DNA of 63,993 bases, filler included, from Porpidia crustulata (GCA_964255105.1; 9 parts of 9 records of this genome joined end to end with filler, not necessarily neighbours in it); one strand, 5' to 3'. Numbered from the whole stretch's first letter, positions 40,049 through 53,445 are shown. Translations and numbers: made by a program. Notes: generated by a model from the sequence alone, not told the origin.

Positions 40049-42441
40049 CTTGCAGACCTAGTTATATATTGTCTTGCTCGAATGGACGCAAGTTTTCTCC
40101 GGGTGGAGATGGGTCCAGAAGAAGATGCAACCGTGCTTATGGTATTGGTCCCTCCACATACTGTGGAACACGATATGCAAAGTGAACTGGATATTAAATA
40201 GTAAATTTTCTTTGAGCCGAGAGGCGGGACAATCACAAGAAGCTACGAATGCAAGGCACTACAATGCTTCGATGTCAAAGAAGCTATCCCAGCAACAGGT
40301 ATCATAGGCTCCGCTGCTTTTGACAACGCCACGAGTCCACGTATGATACCGACGTAGACAAGCAGCAAGTTGCAGAATGTGATGCATCTGCCCACGTAGA
40401 AAGTTCCGCAGTTTGTGCTCAGTCGTACGGGTGATTGAGAGTACTTTTCGAGGATGTACTTATCCAAGGAGTTGGAGCTCACCATTGAAAGAAAGGTTCC
40501 TCTGGTCGTTCAGTAGCCAATACGTCCACCAGCTCGCCGTCGGACAAGGGCGTCCTTCTGTAGATAAGTGATACGGAGAACTCACTTTTTGTAGAACACA
40601 TTAGTGACATTCTCCAACGTGGCTGAGGAGCATGTCCTCGGTGGTGCCTGTGCGCCTGTTAAGCTAGGCCACCTGGCGCTTCGGCCCGCCACCTACTCTT
40701 CCCATTTGGCAGACACCCACTGGTTGATTTAGCTCTCTTGGATGACTCTCGAGTAATGTCGTCTTGGAACGTGTACAAATTATGTACGCGTTGAAGCTTT
40801 TGGGTGAAATTTCGGAGGTATATATATGATGAAGTAAAGGATGTCAAGCATGGGCACATGCACCAGAAACTCTGTCACCAAAGTCTTACACAGGATCGTG
40901 AATAAGACTCAATTGTCCTACGCTAGAGGAAGACCACGATAGCAAGGTATCCTCGTTTGAAAGCCGCCTCCTGTCCAGCTATGGGGTCGTCGAAGAAACA
41001 GTTGGCATCCCACGATGCGAGCCTTTACCATGTCCCTACTATTGATGACGACCATGCACACATTATCAAACATGCATAATCCAATGAAACGTCTCGGCAG
41101 GTAGTCCCGCAAAAAGTGAGACTGGTCTCGCCTAAATTACGCCAAAACCAGTCTCATGCCTTCCTTCAATTGCGTGGCGGTGTAAAACCGTGATCAGGCA
41201 CTAAGCTCTAACGTCTTCCGATGTATATTGAAATTTCCGACTTTTGAAGATACGATCCGACATTCCATGCTTCAACCTGAGAAAGCTGTCGAGTGATTAC
41301 TTTGTATTGCTCGAACTTAGCGCACGTAGAATTGCCTGCTTGTATTCAAGACTGTTTCTCAGCCTCGAAGGCAGAATATCGTTCTGTTTTGCGGTGCTTG
41401 TCCTTGTTACTTTCAACCTTACTGTTGCTTTATCGGAAAACCTTGATATTTGCAGTAGCTTAGCCCGAGTAAGCTTTAAATCGGCAAATCGAGCTTGCGT
41501 GCCAGCGTTGCATATCGGGTTTCATCCGCTCCAGGTACGCTGAGGCACAAGGTGGACCATGAACAGGAGAATATAGTCAAGCCACAGCTCCACATAATAT
41601 TTCAGGTTCCTCTCCCATCTGGTGTTGCAGTCCATCCTTACCTCGATTCCGTGGTCTGAATCTGAGCCAGAGATTAATTTGAGCCAGAGAATGCCTGCCA
41701 ATAACTATTCGACAATCAAGCGCCCAAACCAGATCCCGCGCTTTTGATTTCGATCAGAGGATATTCTTTCGTTCTCTCATCCTATATCGCATGGAGGATC
41801 TAATAATAGTCTGACCTGGTAGTTGTCAACACGAAAGAAGATGGAGAAGAAATGGATCAACGAATTTTTCAGTATAATTAGCCCATTTTAGAAGCCAGAA
41901 TACTGCGAGATAGGTGCTATTTTATTTCTAGACTTGGTTAAGGTGCTTCGAAATTTGAAGTCAATTTTATAGATATAGATGAAACGGAAGAACGAAATAA
42001 GACGCGGACATGAACAATTTTATTGTGAGTACCTACCAGAATATTGCCATGATATGAAAAAGAGAACGAAAGTACTGACACAACCATATCAAAGACTACA
42101 AGCGTTGATATGGGACCTTTTCACGTATCAACTTTGACATTCGGATGAGAGATCAATAGATTCGGATCCGTGGATTGCAATTGTATTGGACTTTTGGAGT
42201 TGCTAGTTATGGCTCGTCGAATCCGGCTGTCTTGATTCTCAAAAGAGTGAAAACTTTAATGCCTTAGCAGTCTTGAACACTCACTACTAAAATCATTAGC
42301 GTTGACCATTTGCAGATTTCGTAGCCGATGATGACGTCGTGCTGAACCGAGGTCTATACAACCATAACATTTTTACTTCAAACCCCCAACTGCATCTCAC
42401 ATCCCCACTATTATATTCCACAAATACTCATCAATCCAAAC

Positions 42442-42749
42442 ATGTCATTCCTCATCAAAATCGCCCCCCGCTCAACTCCCCGCTCACCCATCTGCATCGC
42501 CCGATCCCGGCCCTTCCACACGACCGGTCTACGAGCAGCGCTGAGCGAATCGGACACCCATAGAAGTAGGTCGTCCCCGCCCTCCCAGCCAATCCGCTTT
42601 CCATCGCACCCTGCTGACCCGGTCTCCACGCAAAGCAGACGAGGAGCGCAAAAACGACATTGACCACCACAAAACCGACCAGCTGAACAAGCAAAAGGAA
42701 GGCAAGGGGCATTGGAAGGGGGAGCTGGCGAGTAACAGCGAAGCCGCGG
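42442..42749 (+). CDS. Small probable mitochondrial protein, 3'-truncated at contig end
   Basis: Presequence-like start (RPFHTT); after an intron, DIDHHKTDQLNKQKEGKGHWKGELASNSEAA, a motif of a small conserved fungal family. Confidence 0.7.
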
Positions 42750-42938
42750 TATGTTTCAGTCGGGTTGTTGTCTGTGGTGGTGGGGGTGGCCATGGACTAG
42801 GGAAGCGAAGCTGATGTTTCATTTGGGGGGGGGAGTAGNNNNNNNNNNNNNNNNNNNNNNNNNNNNNNNNNNNNNNNNNNNNTTAATTAATTAANNNNNN
42901 NNNNNNNNNNNNNNNNNNNNNNNNNNNNNNNNNNNNNN

Positions 42939-44928
42939 CCACAAATATCGCTCACGGCCAAAGCGAATGACCTCTTTTCCAAACTACCTCATAAGATATT
43001 ACAAGAACTCTTCTGTTTCCTGCCCACATCCTCCGTCCAGGCTTTACGTCTAGCATCGCTTACTATGGCCTCTATACCTCTCGGCTCTTCATATCGGCGC
43101 TCTAGGTTCGCCTTTCCGAACGAATTGAGCCATATCGACTTACCAAAAGTCTTTCCGCCTCCATCGATGAATGGTAAATTTATTGATTGGGAGAGCTTGT
43201 CTCATCAATTGCTCCGGCCAGTTGGTGAGTATAAGTGGTCGAAGAATAGGAGAAGAATCTCCGATTTGACCAAGCATTTAATACAAAAACATCTGTTCAA
43301 GCCTGCGCCGAGTTGCAGTGAAGTTCCCAGACAAGCTTTGGAGAGCGATGCTGCTGTTTGTCACCACTACTTTACTTCTTCTGAACCAAGTAGTATCAAC
43401 CACATTTCAGTGTACTTCTACGAATGGTTCTTATCTGGGTCTAATCGTTTCATTGCTGTAACGTTCACCTCCAGGTCACCAACAGAAGTCATGACCGGAA
43501 TTGCCTATGGTAATTCAGAGGAAAGTCGGAGTCTTGGAAAATGTGACAAGGCAAGGGCACAATATTTTAAGTTCAAATATGGGGAAAGCTTGCAAAGCAT
43601 CATCGTTGGTTTTACGGGTCTGGGTATCCTTGGTCTTGCTGTGAATGTCAAAGGAGCTGACCCTCAAGCGACTACTCGCACATTTACATTCGGTACCCTG
43701 GAGGGGGATGTGGGCGTAGGAAGGCTTGCTCCATGCCGCGATTCAAACATTTTGGGAATAAAGCTCGGGTTCCTTAGGGTACGTCAATTCATAGTTTCCC
43801 AGTCCATCCAATTCGCCAGTGAGCCCTGACTTACTGAAAGCAAAAGGGTGTTGTCGTCTCTTTTGGAATTCTAGAACCCAAATCTGAGCTTGAACCGGTA
43901 GAGCCTGAGGCATTGGATTCAATGCCGGTATCTCAGGATTACCTGTGGTATCAAGCACTTCCTCCACCAAAGATGATAGCCACCACCGCAAGTGGCTTAA
44001 GCCATACGGAATTCTTTTCGTATATGCTCCCAACTATATTCGCACCAGATATGGAGACATTAAGTCACTTGACACAGATCACTGGGTATCTAAGCTCTGA
44101 GCGAAGAGGCATCACTGCTTTTCGATTTCACTACAACGACAGACCGGCGGAACCTAGGCAAATTCCCTTTGAAGGATTGGACGTCCCATTCCTCATCGAC
44201 GGTCCGGGTGGGGAGAGGATATGTGGGCTGAAGGTTTTATGGTCAGATCAGACACAGCACACGGGTGTAATTGTAGGTGTTTGTTTTATTTCGCTCTACA
44301 AGAAAAGCATTAGAGAAAATTTAGCTAATATTTGCAAATAGTTTCTAACCAACCACAATCGACAAGGAATCTTTGCTACCGCTCACGTACATCAAGAGGT
44401 TCGAGAAAAAACAGTTGAAGAAGTACCCCGTGGCAAAATTACAACCGGTATCTTTGGGGAGATAATTGTGAGTTCCAAATCACCTCGTCTATGGGCGTAG
44501 AATACTTTCTAAAAATGTATATTTCTTCAGCCCGGTGAGTTTGGTAGGGCGTACCGGAAGCTAGGACTCTTGTATGTAGACGACACCCAATCGATACGCC
44601 CTGAACCACCGTCAACGAGCCCGACAACCGAAGATAAGACGACCACACAAACGTCTAGAACGTCGCAGTGATCCCACCATCAGCTCGCTCCCTCTGCTGC
44701 TGGCACGAACGCATCAAGCCGGAATCTAGAGCTCGGGTCAAGGATGTATATCTTTTCACAACGAACAAGAGCAACCGTAAGGGTATTGGAGGCGATGAGG
44801 CTTTCGCTTTGTGCGAGGATGATGAGAGGGAGGAGGTGATACTGGCGTCAAGTGGGGGTTTGGAGTTGGTGGGTGTTGCGTGGGCTTTTGATCAGGGGGT
44901 CGGTACCATGGGAGATGTTGGCGTATAG
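42939..44928 (+). CDS. F-box-like protein with beta-rich C-terminal repeats, 5'-truncated, 3' part possibly disrupted
   Basis: DLFSKLPHKILQELFCFLPTSSVQALRLAS (F-box), FLIDGPGGERICGL; introns near 43779 and 44277. Confidence 0.65.
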
Positions 44929-45550
44929 CCAGTTTATGTCGGAAAAAGTACTACGGATCAATTTGGTGTTTGGGATATTCTCTACGACTTTGCTATCTAT
45001 ACTGGACCCAATGCTCATCCCTGCATTACGCATTATCATAGCAAGCCGAATGCGAAAATCTATCCTCATACGAAACGTCCATCTCCAAACGCCAATTTTG
45101 AGTCTTTAAGCTCCCCAATCAATACCCATGCTATTGACGATCTCATAAATATACAGAGACGGGAAATCTGTCGCTAGGAAGACGCCTGTATGTTTCTCTA
45201 GTTGCGGGACGACTTAGACGTTTGTTGGGTATCGGTATTAGTTGTGGGAATCTGGACGGCTTGAATTCGAGGGGTTCCTATCTCCGCAAATTTTGGCAGG
45301 CGGTGGTGAAGTTTTGCTGGGGTTAAGGTGTTGGATTGAGGGAGGATAGGAGGTTGACGGTGGGATTTTGTTTGAGTTGGTGTTTGGCTTTATGGGGGGG
45401 GTGTATTACAATGATCCTTTTGCGTCAGAAGAAGGGCAGATTGGCAAATGGAATTGTGGTGCTGGTTTTTTTTGCTGCTGGATGTTGGTTGGTATGTATT
45501 GGGACTTTGGCGTCTGTGGGTTGGATTTTATTTGTTTTTGGCTTTGAGGG

Positions 45551-45845
45551 GGATCTATTCTAACCGCCTTGTTGGGTCCAAAAAGGCCAGGTTGGTGCCA
45601 TGTAGCAATCGTGAAGGTCGTCTTGTTGATTGCTGCTTGATGTTATTTGTTATGTATTGGGTTTTGAGAGCGAGATCTAGAGACGTATGAAACCTATTTA
45701 GCTTTGGGCGAGATCCATTCTAACCGCCTTGTTGAATTCAAGAAGGGCAGATTGACGTCATGTAGCAGTCGCGAAGATCGTCTTACCGCTTAATGTTGAT
45801 TGGTGTTGGGATTTTGGAGCGAGATCAAGAGACAGATGAAACCTA
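45551..45845 (+). repeat. Degenerate tandem duplication with a ~160-bp period
   Basis: ATTCTAACCGCCTTGTTG, CATGTAGCA, TCGTCTT, GAGCGAGATC and ATGAAACCTA each occur twice in the same order. Confidence 0.8.
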
Positions 45846-45855
45846 AGACCAAAGC

Positions 45856-47216
45856 TCATCGCCATCGACCAACACGCTCCCGCTCATACTCATCTTCATT
45901 GTACCCCTGCCATTCATATCTCATACTCGCCGCATCCCGGCACTCCGACTCCGAGCCCGCCACGCGCGTCCCCGTGAATTTGCACTCGCCCATGGGCCGC
46001 AGCGATCCAGCTATGCGACCGCCGCCTAAGAACGCAATCTCGCCCACACAATTTTTGCCGAAGCTCATCTCCCCCTCACTGGTTTCCCTCCCGGCCCAGC
46101 GGCAGGGTAGTGGCGTCGCGGAGGCGCGGGATGGGCGTTTGGGAAGGAGAAGGATGCCTTGGAAGATTCCGAAGNNNNNNNNNNTACTTGGGGGATTTCG
46201 AGGCAGAGGGTTAGGGAGAGGTCAGTGTGGCCCCATTCGGCGGTGATGTATGGGCAGTCGATTTCGTAGGAGCCATTGATTAGACCGAGGGTCGGTTTAC
46301 TGGGGAAGGGGTTTTCTTTTTTGATGAGGGGTTCTTGCTTTGGGACTTTTTCCTTTTTTATCGCTGGCGCTCTCTTTTCTACGGGCTCTTTTTTCACTGC
46401 TGGCTCTTTCTTCGCTGCTGGCTCTCTCTTTATTGCCGTTGGTTTTTTTGCTGCAGGTTCCTTTTTGGTCGCAGATTTCTTCGTGTTAGGAGGTTCCTCG
46501 GGTATGATCGTATCTCCTATGCTTATAATGCGCTTGGTCACTGGATCCCTCCTTATCGCTCGTGCTCTGAGTTTTGGATCGTGCTTGGCTAATTCCGAGA
46601 GTTTTTTGCTCCTTGCTGTCTGAATTGGCCACTTCTTGTCGGCTCCATCAGCTGGTTCTGTCCTTGCCTTCTTTACGGGCGACGGTCGCTCCGATTCCAT
46701 TGTTTGGAGTTGATTCAGGTTGCCCGGCGCTGCAAATTGCCCACCAGCAAATGCACCGTAATTATTGATGGTGACATTGACATTGTTTGCTTCGGGCTGC
46801 TTCCGCTTCTTACTAGTTGTGGCTTCCTTTGGTTGTGCAGCCATCTGGGATTTGTATTGAGCTCTGGCCTTCTTTTCTGCTGCATTGAACTCTTTCTTCA
46901 GAGAATCTTCCAATCTCGTCACCGTCGCGGGAACAGCTAAACTCGAGGAATTGACTGCCTCTAACAATCGCATCTTTGCTCTTGCTTTATCTTTCGACGG
47001 TGGTAGCCCATAGTGGATCAATTGCGCCTCGTACCAATGGCCCACCGGATCTTTGCTTATTTGAGTAGTTGCCTTTGACTTCTTCAAGTCTGGGCGTAGG
47101 ATTGCTGTGATTTCGGAGATGGAAGCACGTTTGTGTCGATTCAGGCCGCCGACTTCGACATATAGATCCCCATTATAGTGAAAGCCATCCTTAGAGATCG
47201 GAGGGGCGAAGCTCAT
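45856..47216 (-). CDS. Conserved fungal hypothetical protein with a Lys/Ala/Pro-rich linker (10-N gap at 46175-46184)
   Basis: MSFAPP..NRHKRAS; KDPVGHWYEAQLIHYGLPPSKDKARAKMRL; KKEPAA repeats; C-terminus EWQGYNEDEYERERVGRWR*. Confidence 0.75.
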
Positions 47217-47964
47217 ATTAGTGATGGTGGTACGGAGCTTGCTAAAGCAATCGCAACGAGACTTGTCAGTCGTACCCACAATGTCAATGATAGGCTTCCA
47301 GTACCTTGGTGTTGTCGGAGGAGGAGCTGCTGGTTGGACTCGGGGCGGGCGGACTTTGATACCATCAGGAGATATCCATGGCATGTAAGTCGGCCACTCA
47401 TTGAACAGTTACTGAACCCTAACCCTAGCGTGACTATCCTATGGAGGGGTGGGCGGAGCGTCTTGAAATACTACACTAGCCTAATTTCCATTGCCAATCC
47501 GCGCGAAGTTTCAGCCCCGAGGCACAGCCTAGAATCTTCAGCCAAACGATTTCTTCTGAAGATCCATTGGATCGTCAAGATAGTAGCAGTAAAATGCACA
47601 AAAAGGGTCAGCTTGAGGCTCAGCCACAAGTCAAATTGTTCCTGGCCATGATCATTATATAGCTGACGCAATCGCTCTACTACTCTTCCTCACACGACGC
47701 TTCTCGCACTTCAAATCTATTGGTATCGACATACCTCCAATCATCACAGTCGTTGATCCTTTCCTTGCGTTTATTTTCTATAACCATTGCATAGTAAATA
47801 TATGGTACATAGTTCCCTCTAACTATGATCTTTCACTTATACGTCTTTCTAGGCAATCTACCCCTGTTTTCACAATCAAATCCCAACGTTCATCTCAGAT
47901 TATATCTCCCTGATTCGCATTACCAGATAAAACGAAGGAGTGGTAATCAGTAATATAAGCCGCA

Positions 47965-49432
47965 ATGGCCGAAATAGTTGTATCATATTTGCTTGCTTTC
48001 TGTAGTTCGCATGGACTGAGATCTATTGGTGAACCACCCCTTACCAGCTACTTCGAACCAAAGACTCACCCAGACCCTCCGGGTGGCCTACTCGCGGAAG
48101 AAGTGACCAAGACAGGCGTCCCAAAGCAGATGATGCCTGTGTGGCTCATCTTTGTCTTCTTTGCACTTGTCACTCTTCGCTACGCTCTTTCCTTCTTAGT
48201 AAGTACTGCTGCAAGATTGATAAAGTGGCCATACCCTGATCCTTTAGATTTGGTACATCTATCAAGTTGTCTCGACTGTCATCATGGTTTCTTCCACCAG
48301 CGTCTCCACTATCGCTGCAGCAAACGCAATCAAAATCTCGCACGAGGCAAAACCTACTACCAGTGTGCCTACTGTGACCAAAAAACCCCCCAATGTGTCT
48401 GAGAATGATGAGATAGAGAGTAGCTTCATTCCGAAGAAACTTGTCAGCCGAAAGACGTGGGCCAAAATTAATGACCACGTGGGGAGCAGTTTCCGACCAA
48501 AGAAACTCGTCAGTCAAAAGACCTGGGCCAAAGTCCACAAAAACTCCCCATGGGCTCGAATCTGCGGCCTGTCTTGCTTTCGCGGAATCAATGCCTACTT
48601 GATCATGTGCATCCCTCAATGGTATATCGCCGAGATTCTAGACTTTTTCCTTTCTGGACAACCCAACGATATGAAGCTGGGTTACGGTTGCTCATCTGTT
48701 GCGGTTGCAGTGATTTTTGGCGGTACCACGGCAATCTGGACACATTACGCCATCACTGCACCCTCAAATAGGCACGTTCTTGATCATTTCCCTAAGGGCA
48801 GCCAAATTTGGGCCGAGCTGGCGCAGATCACTTTCGCCTGGGCTGTATCTGAACAAGTAACCTGTAGCTTGCCCCTTACAATGAGTCGAACTTTTGGACT
48901 TCGAAAGTACGCTTTCAATCCTTCTTCCTGGACCACACTTGATGAGCGCGGTTTCTTCATTGTGGTGGCGCAGTTTGGACTTGTGTTCCTATCGTATCTT
49001 TTCCTGGTAGCGTTTGTGTCGATCCCAGCCAATATAACTTTGAGGAGAATCCACGCATCTATGCTGCCCCCGGAGGATGCTACTATCGCTATCGTACCTT
49101 TCCATAGCGCAAACCCCACGCCATCAAAAGTAGACGACAAGGACGAAAAGCCCGAACAGCAGCTCAACAGCAAAGAAATATCCGCCACCAGACCAAGCTT
49201 AAAGCTCAGCGTTTCGGAGGCCTGGTCGACAATTACCTTGTCCGACTACTTCCGTGTCTTGAACGTCTACGTTCAGTACTTCCTCATCAATCAGCTACTG
49301 CAGATATTATATTGGACCGCCAATTGGAAGCTCCACGAGGTCTTTGAGGCCGGAAATTACATATCACCCAATCTTCCGTCCTCACCGAGTCCTATGGTTT
49401 TGCCCATATTCAAAGAGCACTTTTTTGGCTAG
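47965..49432 (+). CDS. Multi-pass membrane protein of an uncharacterised fungal family; 5' structure uncertain
   Basis: Hydrophobic segments; AIWTHYAITAPS and VSIPANITLRRIHASMLP motifs; frame change between ORFs 47965 and 48284; internal repeat SSFxPKKLVSxKTWAK twice. Confidence 0.65.
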
Positions 49433-49833
49433 TATTCGAGTTTAATGCTCTGTCTATTTGTATTGTACGAAAACATTGGGAAGGGATGTCTTGAATTTGG
49501 GTTTTCAATGCTTTGACATGAAGCTGGGTCACCTATATACAAAATCTCAGGTGGGTGGAGGCGTTGGATCTCCTTGGTCAGGAAAACTCTTACCATTGTC
49601 ATTTTGTCCTCGATGGGAAGTTCTTCAAGTTTTGAAGTCTGCTTCGATGTCACAATACGCTTGACAGCGATACCACGGCGAAAATGCTTTGGTATCGGCC
49701 AAAAGAATAGACCAACTTCATCACGGTCGTGAGCATCAAAATCATTTTCTGCATTGTATTGCATCTCGCGTCCTTTGTGGCAGGTCAAGACTTCAGCTTC
49801 CATAACCCTCTTTTCAATAACAATGACGTCCAA
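49429..49833 (-). CDS. Hypothetical ORF fragment near contig end
   Basis: 134-codon protein-like ORF with no recognised motif. Confidence 0.3.
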   Translation of the reverse strand: MDVIVIEKRVMEAEVLTCHKGREMQYNAENDFDAHDRDEVGLFFWPIPKHFRRGIAVKRIVTSKQTSKLEELPIEDKMTMVRVFLTKEIQRLHPPEILYIGDPASCQSIENPNSRHPFPMFSYNTNRQSIKLEY

Positions 49834-50743
49834 GAGATTCTTCTCCTACCCCCGGAAAGGAGCGGCTTAATCCAATCATGGGAAGTGTGATCTAATAAAA
49901 CAGCTTTTTTCCTCAGCCAGCCCATCGATCTCATAACCCAGCCACCCAGCCTCGTATTGNNNNNNNNNNNNNNNNNNNNNNNNNNNNNNNNNNNNNNNNN
50001 NNNTTAATTAATTAANNNNNNNNNNNNNNNNNNNNNNNNNNNNNNNNNNNNNNNNNNNNTGTCTATATATCGGAGGTTAGGTGATCTTACTAGCGTAAGC
50101 ACCCCGAACACCTAGTCGTAGGACCTAGATGCTCTGTTTTTAATACGACTAAAGTTAATTAACTGTAAAAAGTAAAGAATCTGATTAATTAAAAATTGAC
50201 TTGATATTCGATCAGGTCTAGATATCGTCTAGTTGCGTGTCGTTTATCTTCTATTTAGTTTGATTAATGATCCGAAGACTTCTCGGCGGCACGAGTAGAT
50301 GCTGTACTAAAGCAATGTGTTGTGCTCGCACATCAGTCATCGACCCTGATTGCCTTCCGGGTGCAGCGGGAACGGCCCGAGCCAATATGAGTCGTGCAGG
50401 CCACATCACCATCTACGTAGCAATTGGGCAGCAGTATAGTTTGAGGCTGTATTGCATCCTCTTGTCGAACGTAGAAGGGGACTGGTTCAACGGGTTTGGG
50501 TAAGTGTACCCGATCCGATTAGAACCCTGCGCAACCCTCCAACCCGACAGAACATCGCATGTCAGTATGTTTGCCTGCGCGAGCAGGTGGGTAAGAACAT
50601 CCATAAAAGGAGAGACGAAACCCGTTGTTTTCTTCTCACTACAACCCTCACACTTTCATCTGATCGATCCTTTCTTTCTCTGCAATCTCAGCAACTTCAT
50701 CAAGTCAGTTTGGCAACAAACGAACGCCCAATACACTAACAAG

Positions 50744-50941
50744 ATGACCAACAGCGGCGGCTTCGTGAAAATTCCCACCGACGAGGAGGCAAAGCGCATG
50801 GAAGAGGCAGCGCGAAAGTCCCAGGAGAAGGATGAACAAGCTAGGAAGGAGCGCGAGGCACGTGAGGCAGCGGAGGCGGCTGGGAAGAAACCTCAGGAGC
50901 GCCGTGGCGCCGGAGGTGGCTCGGGAGGTACTACCACTTAA
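50744..50941 (+). CDS. Small charged coiled-coil protein (65 aa)
   Basis: MTNSGGFVKIPTDEEAKRMEEAARKSQEKDEQARKEREAREAAEAAGKK...; good start context, coding-like composition. Confidence 0.5.
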   Translation: MTNSGGFVKIPTDEEAKRMEEAARKSQEKDEQARKEREAREAAEAAGKKPQERRGAGGGSGGTTT

Positions 50942-51249
50942 AACGCCGAGTTCTGACCGAGGAATCCATCTTTCTTGTGGAACTCTCTATTCATAGAGTA
51001 GACCCTTTGATAGGGATACAAGGAACCTTGTGCGGGAAGAGACAACATTTGTCCGTTGCATGGCACTAGGAGATCTCGCAAAATGGGATATCCTGTTTCT
51101 TGAGGAAGTTTTTGATTTGGGTCGACTAGTGTTGCATAGTTGCCCGCCCGCCACTCATTTCTGCTTTGGTTTATTTTTATACGCTTTTGGAGGGGAAGTA
51201 TTGATCGTGGATGATGTTCGATTCCACGACTCCACTTATTTACCTATAC

Positions 51250-52592
51250 CTATAAATAAAGAAACTTCTTGCAATCTTCGTCATATGCCGTCAACTGCTT
51301 CGTCTTCATCTGGACGAATGGCTCTAACCCTGCACGTACCTTCTCGTCCAGTGACTCAACACTAGCACCGCCCTCATTTAGGCAGTTGTCAAAGAGGACT
51401 TCAACATCGAAAGGCTTCCGTGCTGCGTAGTTGAACCAGAAACGCTTCGTGAGCCACGACTCACGCATAAGACTGGAAAGGGGCATCTCGTTATGCAGCG
51501 TCCCCCTTGCTCTTTCAGCTCGTTGCATCGCTTGTAGGAACTGCTCTAAGCAGGGCTCGTAGGCCGCCACGAATTCCTCTATGGTGTGACCTCGAAAAAG
51601 ATACGAGTCTGGCCCTGCCAGTAGTAACCACCACGGCGGGTCAGACGAGTACTGGCCTGGCATGGCATTTGTGAACTCGAGATCGAGCACGGCTGTGATG
51701 CGGAGAGTTTTTGGGTCTACGAGTATGTTCTGAGGTCGAAGGTCGTCGCAGAAGAGTTTGAAAGGACCGCAGTCGTCAATGCAGTACTTATCGACCAGCT
51801 GCGCAAACAGATAGCGGGCGATATACCGCTTTTGAGCATCTTTCGGGTTGGTGGAGAGGTTGCGCTGGGTCCACAGATGGGTTATGTGCTCATATATAAG
51901 AGACTTGAAGTAGTCGCTTGCAGATTTGAACGGAGCCCTAGGGAATTTATCGACTGGGTAGAATGTGGTAGTTGCTAGCTCGTTTATGCTGTAGGTTAGG
52001 GGTCTTCTAGTAACAGACCATGTGTTTGAAGCAGAATCCTTTGAGATAGCTCCAATGCGTGGAAAATTGAATTGAAAGAGTTGAAGTATGATATCAGCGA
52101 TTTGATCGAAGACAATGTCTAGTGTTCGTTAATCGATCTTTGGGTTTAGGTAAAGCCTCTTTTGATCAGTTGGGTCTTTTAGGATATCAGATAAGTGAAC
52201 ACCTTTAACGAAATCTGAGATAGTGAACGGTCCAAAGTGCTGTGGACTGTCCTCAATTAAGCCCCAGCTTATCAAGCGTGGGACAGGAATCGTGGTCTGT
52301 CCATGGAGGAATTTGATGATCTGGACCTCGTTCGTGATCTTTCTTCCCGGAAAGTGGTGTGTCCCGGCCCTGGGAACCTAATAATGGCATCAGGGCCTCC
52401 ATCGTTGAACGTGACCTGGAGGCAGAAATTGAAGGAGCCCTCAAACCAGTCGATAACCTCTTTAGCTTCACCTCCTGGCCGGCGATGAGCGACAAATGCT
52501 GCAATTTCATCCCTTGCGCCGAGGACCTGCTTCTTCCACTCCTTCCACTGATCATCACCGGTTTTCTCGGCGATCTCGTCGAAGACGGTCAT
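51250..52592 (-). pseudogene. APH-like phosphotransferase, disrupted
   Basis: FEGSFNFC, IIRFPGPG, FCDDLRPQNILVD, AVLDLEF, PPWWLLL; frameshift near 52345 and in-frame TAA near 52130. Confidence 0.82.
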
Positions 52593-52989
52593 TTTACAAG
52601 TGATGTTAGGCTGTCGAGACGGGAAAACATTTCACGTTGACGGATTCTGCCGAAGCTTAAATCCTTTTAGATTCCTATTCTAGAAAGATTTGTGCTTACA
52701 TTATCAGATCACATGACTTTTAAATGATATTACCTAGGACCTTGTGTCAATTTTGACCTATCCAGATATAGCAGGCTGGGATCCTACTTATTCCGCGCTC
52801 ACGTGACGTGTCAGGATTGACACTGAGGCATATAAATCACATGTTCTCGAAATTGCGCTGGATGCGTCAGGCAGTCAGGCAGGTAATGAATTGGGATATA
52901 ACATCCACGAAACCTCGTTCCGCCGAGTTTTGCATTGGCTGGTGCATCGAGACTTCGGACGGGAACTTCCCAATAGAAGTTGGGAATAC

Positions 52990-53343
52990 AATTGGCGCGT
53001 TTCTAAATTCAATGTATTTTGGAACTCCTGCCCAGTATGGACCAAAAGATTCCGCTGAGAGCGTCAGGCCATCGATGCTACGGTCAGATCCAAGTGAAGC
53101 GAATAAGAAGACCGATATTTTCGCTTTAGGGTCAGCTGATTACTTCATGATGAAAGGTCATCCGCCCTTTCCAGGGCTGAATTCCTGGAAAAGACAAGCT
53201 TGAGATTATAAGCCGGTTCAAGACGAAGCAGTCCTGCTCTGGATGATGTGCAAGGTGGTGATGTTGTGAAGAAATGCTAGGCTGGGGAATATGAGTCGGC
53301 TGATGAGGTTTTTTATGACTTGGAGGAAATGACTATGACCTGA
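52990..53343 (+). pseudogene. C-lobe relic of a small fungal protein kinase
   Basis: AESVR..KTDIFALGS.YFMMKGHPPFP and GGDVVKKC*AGEYESADEV; stops present; no N-lobe. Confidence 0.65.
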
Positions 53344-53445
53344 AGCAAAACGGATATGCGATTGTTTCTAATCTCCTTTAATTTACCTATATAACCCTGT
53401 CATCGTTTGAGCAGATAAAGTTTAGCTTGGAAAAGGAAGCGCCAT

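Noticed and set aside
40230..41880. Possible decayed minus-strand gene
   Set aside because: Fragments are full of stops and match no family I recognise
47415..47428. AACCCTAACCCTAG telomere-like repeat
   Set aside because: Only two units, internal position, compatible with chance
30860..52592. APH-like kinases (30860-32191 and 51250-52592) as Spok meiotic-drive genes, or as a linked cluster
   Set aside because: No Spok-type N-terminal coiled-coil/nuclease region is visible, and the two genes are on different contigs
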